From IMG/VR virus record IMGVR_UViG_3300044984_003074: a DNA stretch of 18,024 nt. The stretch is one strand, 5' to 3'. This stretch comes from a virus. Lineage: Duplodnaviria > Heunggongvirae > Uroviricota > Caudoviricetes. Below are positions 16,383 to 18,024 of the stretch, one piece after another. A program made the position numbers and the translations under genes. The notes under the pieces were generated by a model, which worked only from the letters and a program-made list of their open reading frames with translations, did not search any database and was not told the DNA's origin. Each line of letters opens with the position of its first letter. Position 1 is the first letter of the stretch.

Positions 16383-17810
16383 TTACTTAACAAGTTTAAT
16401 ATAGTCACCCTCTTTATAGGTTACTTTATTTATAAGTGCACTTTGTAATACTTTATACACATCTTGAGTTGGTATAGTTATAGACCTTTTATCCGTAACT
16501 GGTGTTATTGTTTTACTAGCCATTAATGATTTACCAAGAGATTCAGGTGTTTCATTTATAGGGCATTTAATAAACCTGATAAGTGGTTTTTTAACTAATT
16601 TAACCCTATCTCCAAGACTAACACCATGATTATTACCAAATCTATTATGAATTACCAAATAACTACCATCTTTTTCAGGTGTAGATTTTATAAATTTATT
16701 ATCGGATAAAAATTTAACTCTTTCCACCATATCTGTTGTGACCCCAATAGGGAATTCTAATACTTTACCTGTAGGTTTAACATTAATCGGGGTTTTTTCA
16801 TCACCTGTATTTTCGGTTTCAGTCCCTTTTTTCTTCAAATTACCACAGTTGTCTAAAACTAAAATAATTTTATCAGCCGTGTCTCCAAATTCTGTTAATG
16901 ATGGAGAACATCCCCAATAAATAATAGAATTTCCTTTACTGATTTTAACTTCAGGAGAACTTGAATGGCATTTATTTCCTGACAAACATTGTAAACTAAT
17001 TATAATATCTTTACTTTTGTCACCTATAATTTGTTTTGCTTGTTCATCTGTTACAACAATTGGTCCGCTGGTCTTACTCTTTCCATCATATTCATTATTT
17101 AAATTAGCAATACCAATTTCAACACCATTTAATTTAATCGCAAATTCAGCTTCATTACATCTATGGTCACCTCTACATGGAAACCTTGTGTTTTCAACTG
17201 AGTTATACATAACCTCTACAGTTAAACCAACAACACATTCTGCAGGAGATTTTAATTTTAATTCTACTTTAACAAATCTTTCAGGTTTATATTTTTCGTC
17301 GTTAGGATTATCAATTCCTTTAGTGTATTTCTCTGAACCAATAATAACTTCAGGTGCCTCAAATATTGGTTTATTTGAAATAATACCTTGACTTACTAAG
17401 TTATCAAAATATTTGGTCAAATATTCTTTCATTGTTGTTGCTCTTTTTTCTGAAAGATATCCAGGGTCAACTTTTGGGCGTGCAGGGTTTTCATTATCAG
17501 TATTAGTTACCTGAGATTCTCCGGCAATAATTTTTACATAAACAACTCTACCTTTTTTTGATGTTAAAAATTTTGCAGCATTTGCTAATTGACCATCTAA
17601 TTCTTCTTTACCTTCAGGTGATAAAGATTTCCATTTTCCATTTGAGAAAAAACTTTTTCCTTCGAGGGTTATTTCATCGGGATTTGTTGAAGATTGAACT
17701 GCAGAAGTGTTTTGTTCTTTTATTAAATATAAATTTTTTGTTGCACTCTCATGCATCATCAATATTCTTTTAACTTCTTTCGTATCTATATTCCAATTTT
17801 GTTTAATCAT
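16383..17810 (-). CDS. multidomain protein: leader, OmpA-C-like domain, Cys-rich domain, two degenerate C-terminal repeats
   Basis: FSNG...VKIIAGES...LSEKRATTMKEYL...ERFVKVEL follows the OmpA-C pattern (GhtD...LSxxRAxxVxxyL...NRRVei). No signal peptide or TM segment is visible. Confidence 0.65.
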   Translation of the reverse strand: MIKQNWNIDTKEVKRILMMHESATKNLYLIKEQNTSAVQSSTNPDEITLEGKSFFSNGKWKSLSPEGKEELDGQLANAAKFLTSKKGRVVYVKIIAGESQVTNTDNENPARPKVDPGYLSEKRATTMKEYLTKYFDNLVSQGIISNKPIFEAPEVIIGSEKYTKGIDNPNDEKYKPERFVKVELKLKSPAECVVGLTVEVMYNSVENTRFPCRGDHRCNEAEFAIKLNGVEIGIANLNNEYDGKSKTSGPIVVTDEQAKQIIGDKSKDIIISLQCLSGNKCHSSSPEVKISKGNSIIYWGCSPSLTEFGDTADKIILVLDNCGNLKKKGTETENTGDEKTPINVKPTGKVLEFPIGVTTDMVERVKFLSDNKFIKSTPEKDGSYLVIHNRFGNNHGVSLGDRVKLVKKPLIRFIKCPINETPESLGKSLMASKTITPVTDKRSITIPTQDVYKVLQSALINKVTYKEGDYIKLVK

Positions 17811-17823
17811 TTTACTATTTTAT

Positions 17824-17831
17824 TATAAATA
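17824..17831 (-). promoter_or_regulatory. TATTTATA motif, candidate late promoter
   Basis: GTATTTATA on the minus strand, 13 nt upstream of ATG 17810 and just after the capsid-gene terminator. Confidence 0.5.
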
Positions 17832-17840
17832 CTCTATAAT

Positions 17841-17870
17841 AAAAAAAAGGGTTCCATTAGGAACCCTTTT
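17841..17870 (-). terminator. intrinsic terminator of the major capsid gene
   Basis: Perfect 7-bp stem GGGTTCC/GGAACCC with a 4-nt loop and a T8 tail on the minus strand, 20 nt after the stop. Confidence 0.9.
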
Positions 17871-17890
17871 ATTGTTAAATAAGATATTGA

Positions 17891-18024
17891 TTATCTCAAC
17901 TCTCTTAAGTCAAATGTTCTTACACCATCAACTGTAATTCTACCGTAGAAACGGTTGTTTACCATTTTCTTAGCGTATCTAGTCATGATACCTTTGATTG
18001 GTGTGAAGTTGAATGGGTTATACA
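17891..18024 (-). CDS. major capsid protein (T4 gp23-like), C-terminal 43 aa; missed by the ORF track
   Basis: Hand translation of 18022->17891 gives YNPFNFTPIKGIMTRYAKKMVNNRFYGRITVDGVRTFDLRELR*. P-x-x-G-x-x-TRY is the gp23-family C-terminal signature. Confidence 0.88.
   Translation of the reverse strand, partial: YNPFNFTPIKGIMTRYAKKMVNNRFYGRITVDGVRTFDLRELR

Noticed and set aside
17157-17177. Cys-flanked RGD loop (CRGDHRC) in the OmpA-like protein
   Set aside because: A tripeptide is expected by chance, and nothing indicates a eukaryotic integrin-bearing target.
16738-17937. Plus-strand ORFs 16738-16920, 17017-17391, 17558-17773 and 17707-17937
   Set aside because: They are antisense shadows of the 475-aa gene. 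The last one also crosses a terminator and the MCP 3' end.
1-18024. Stop-codon reassignment (TAG/TGA recoding seen in some large Bacteroidota phages)
   Set aside because: Code 11 gives near-complete coding density with intact genes. The single TAG stop (14178) is followed immediately by TAA.
1-18024. CRISPR array, tRNA, integrase/transposase, intron or intein
   Set aside because: I found no regularly spaced repeats, cloverleaf, mobile-element motif or interrupted gene by eye.

Overview
AT-rich (roughly 30% GC), densely coding window from a large tailed dsDNA phage. It ends in the C-terminus of a T4 gp23-like major capsid protein on the minus strand. Two TTTG...TAnnTTTG promoters and the lack of Shine-Dalgarno sequences point to a Bacteroidota host (inference). 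From 1 to 13.7 kb a co-directional plus-strand block encodes a GDP-deoxysugar module (ColD-like PLP dehydratase, NodZ/GT23-like transferase, Gmd, DUF6165), PhoH, a catalytically degenerate HAD-fold protein, two glycosyltransferases, a sigma-70-like factor, and putative virion genes including a baseplate spike. From 13.7 to 18 kb small genes alternate in orientation, with intrinsic terminators and two promoter classes: host-type, and a recurrent (A/G)TATTTAT motif. Best leads: (1) likely capsid-cargo proteins sharing an L-x-x-L-[VI]-K-K-V-L-x-E helix and [IL]-x-E prohead-protease-like sites, including two halves of an apparently split DUF5872-like protein; (2) a phage GDP-colitose-type glycosylation module; (3) a GC-rich structured leader upstream of a Zn-ribbon gene; (4) an OmpA-like-domain protein next to the capsid gene. 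All family assignments come from motif recognition by eye; no database searches were run.
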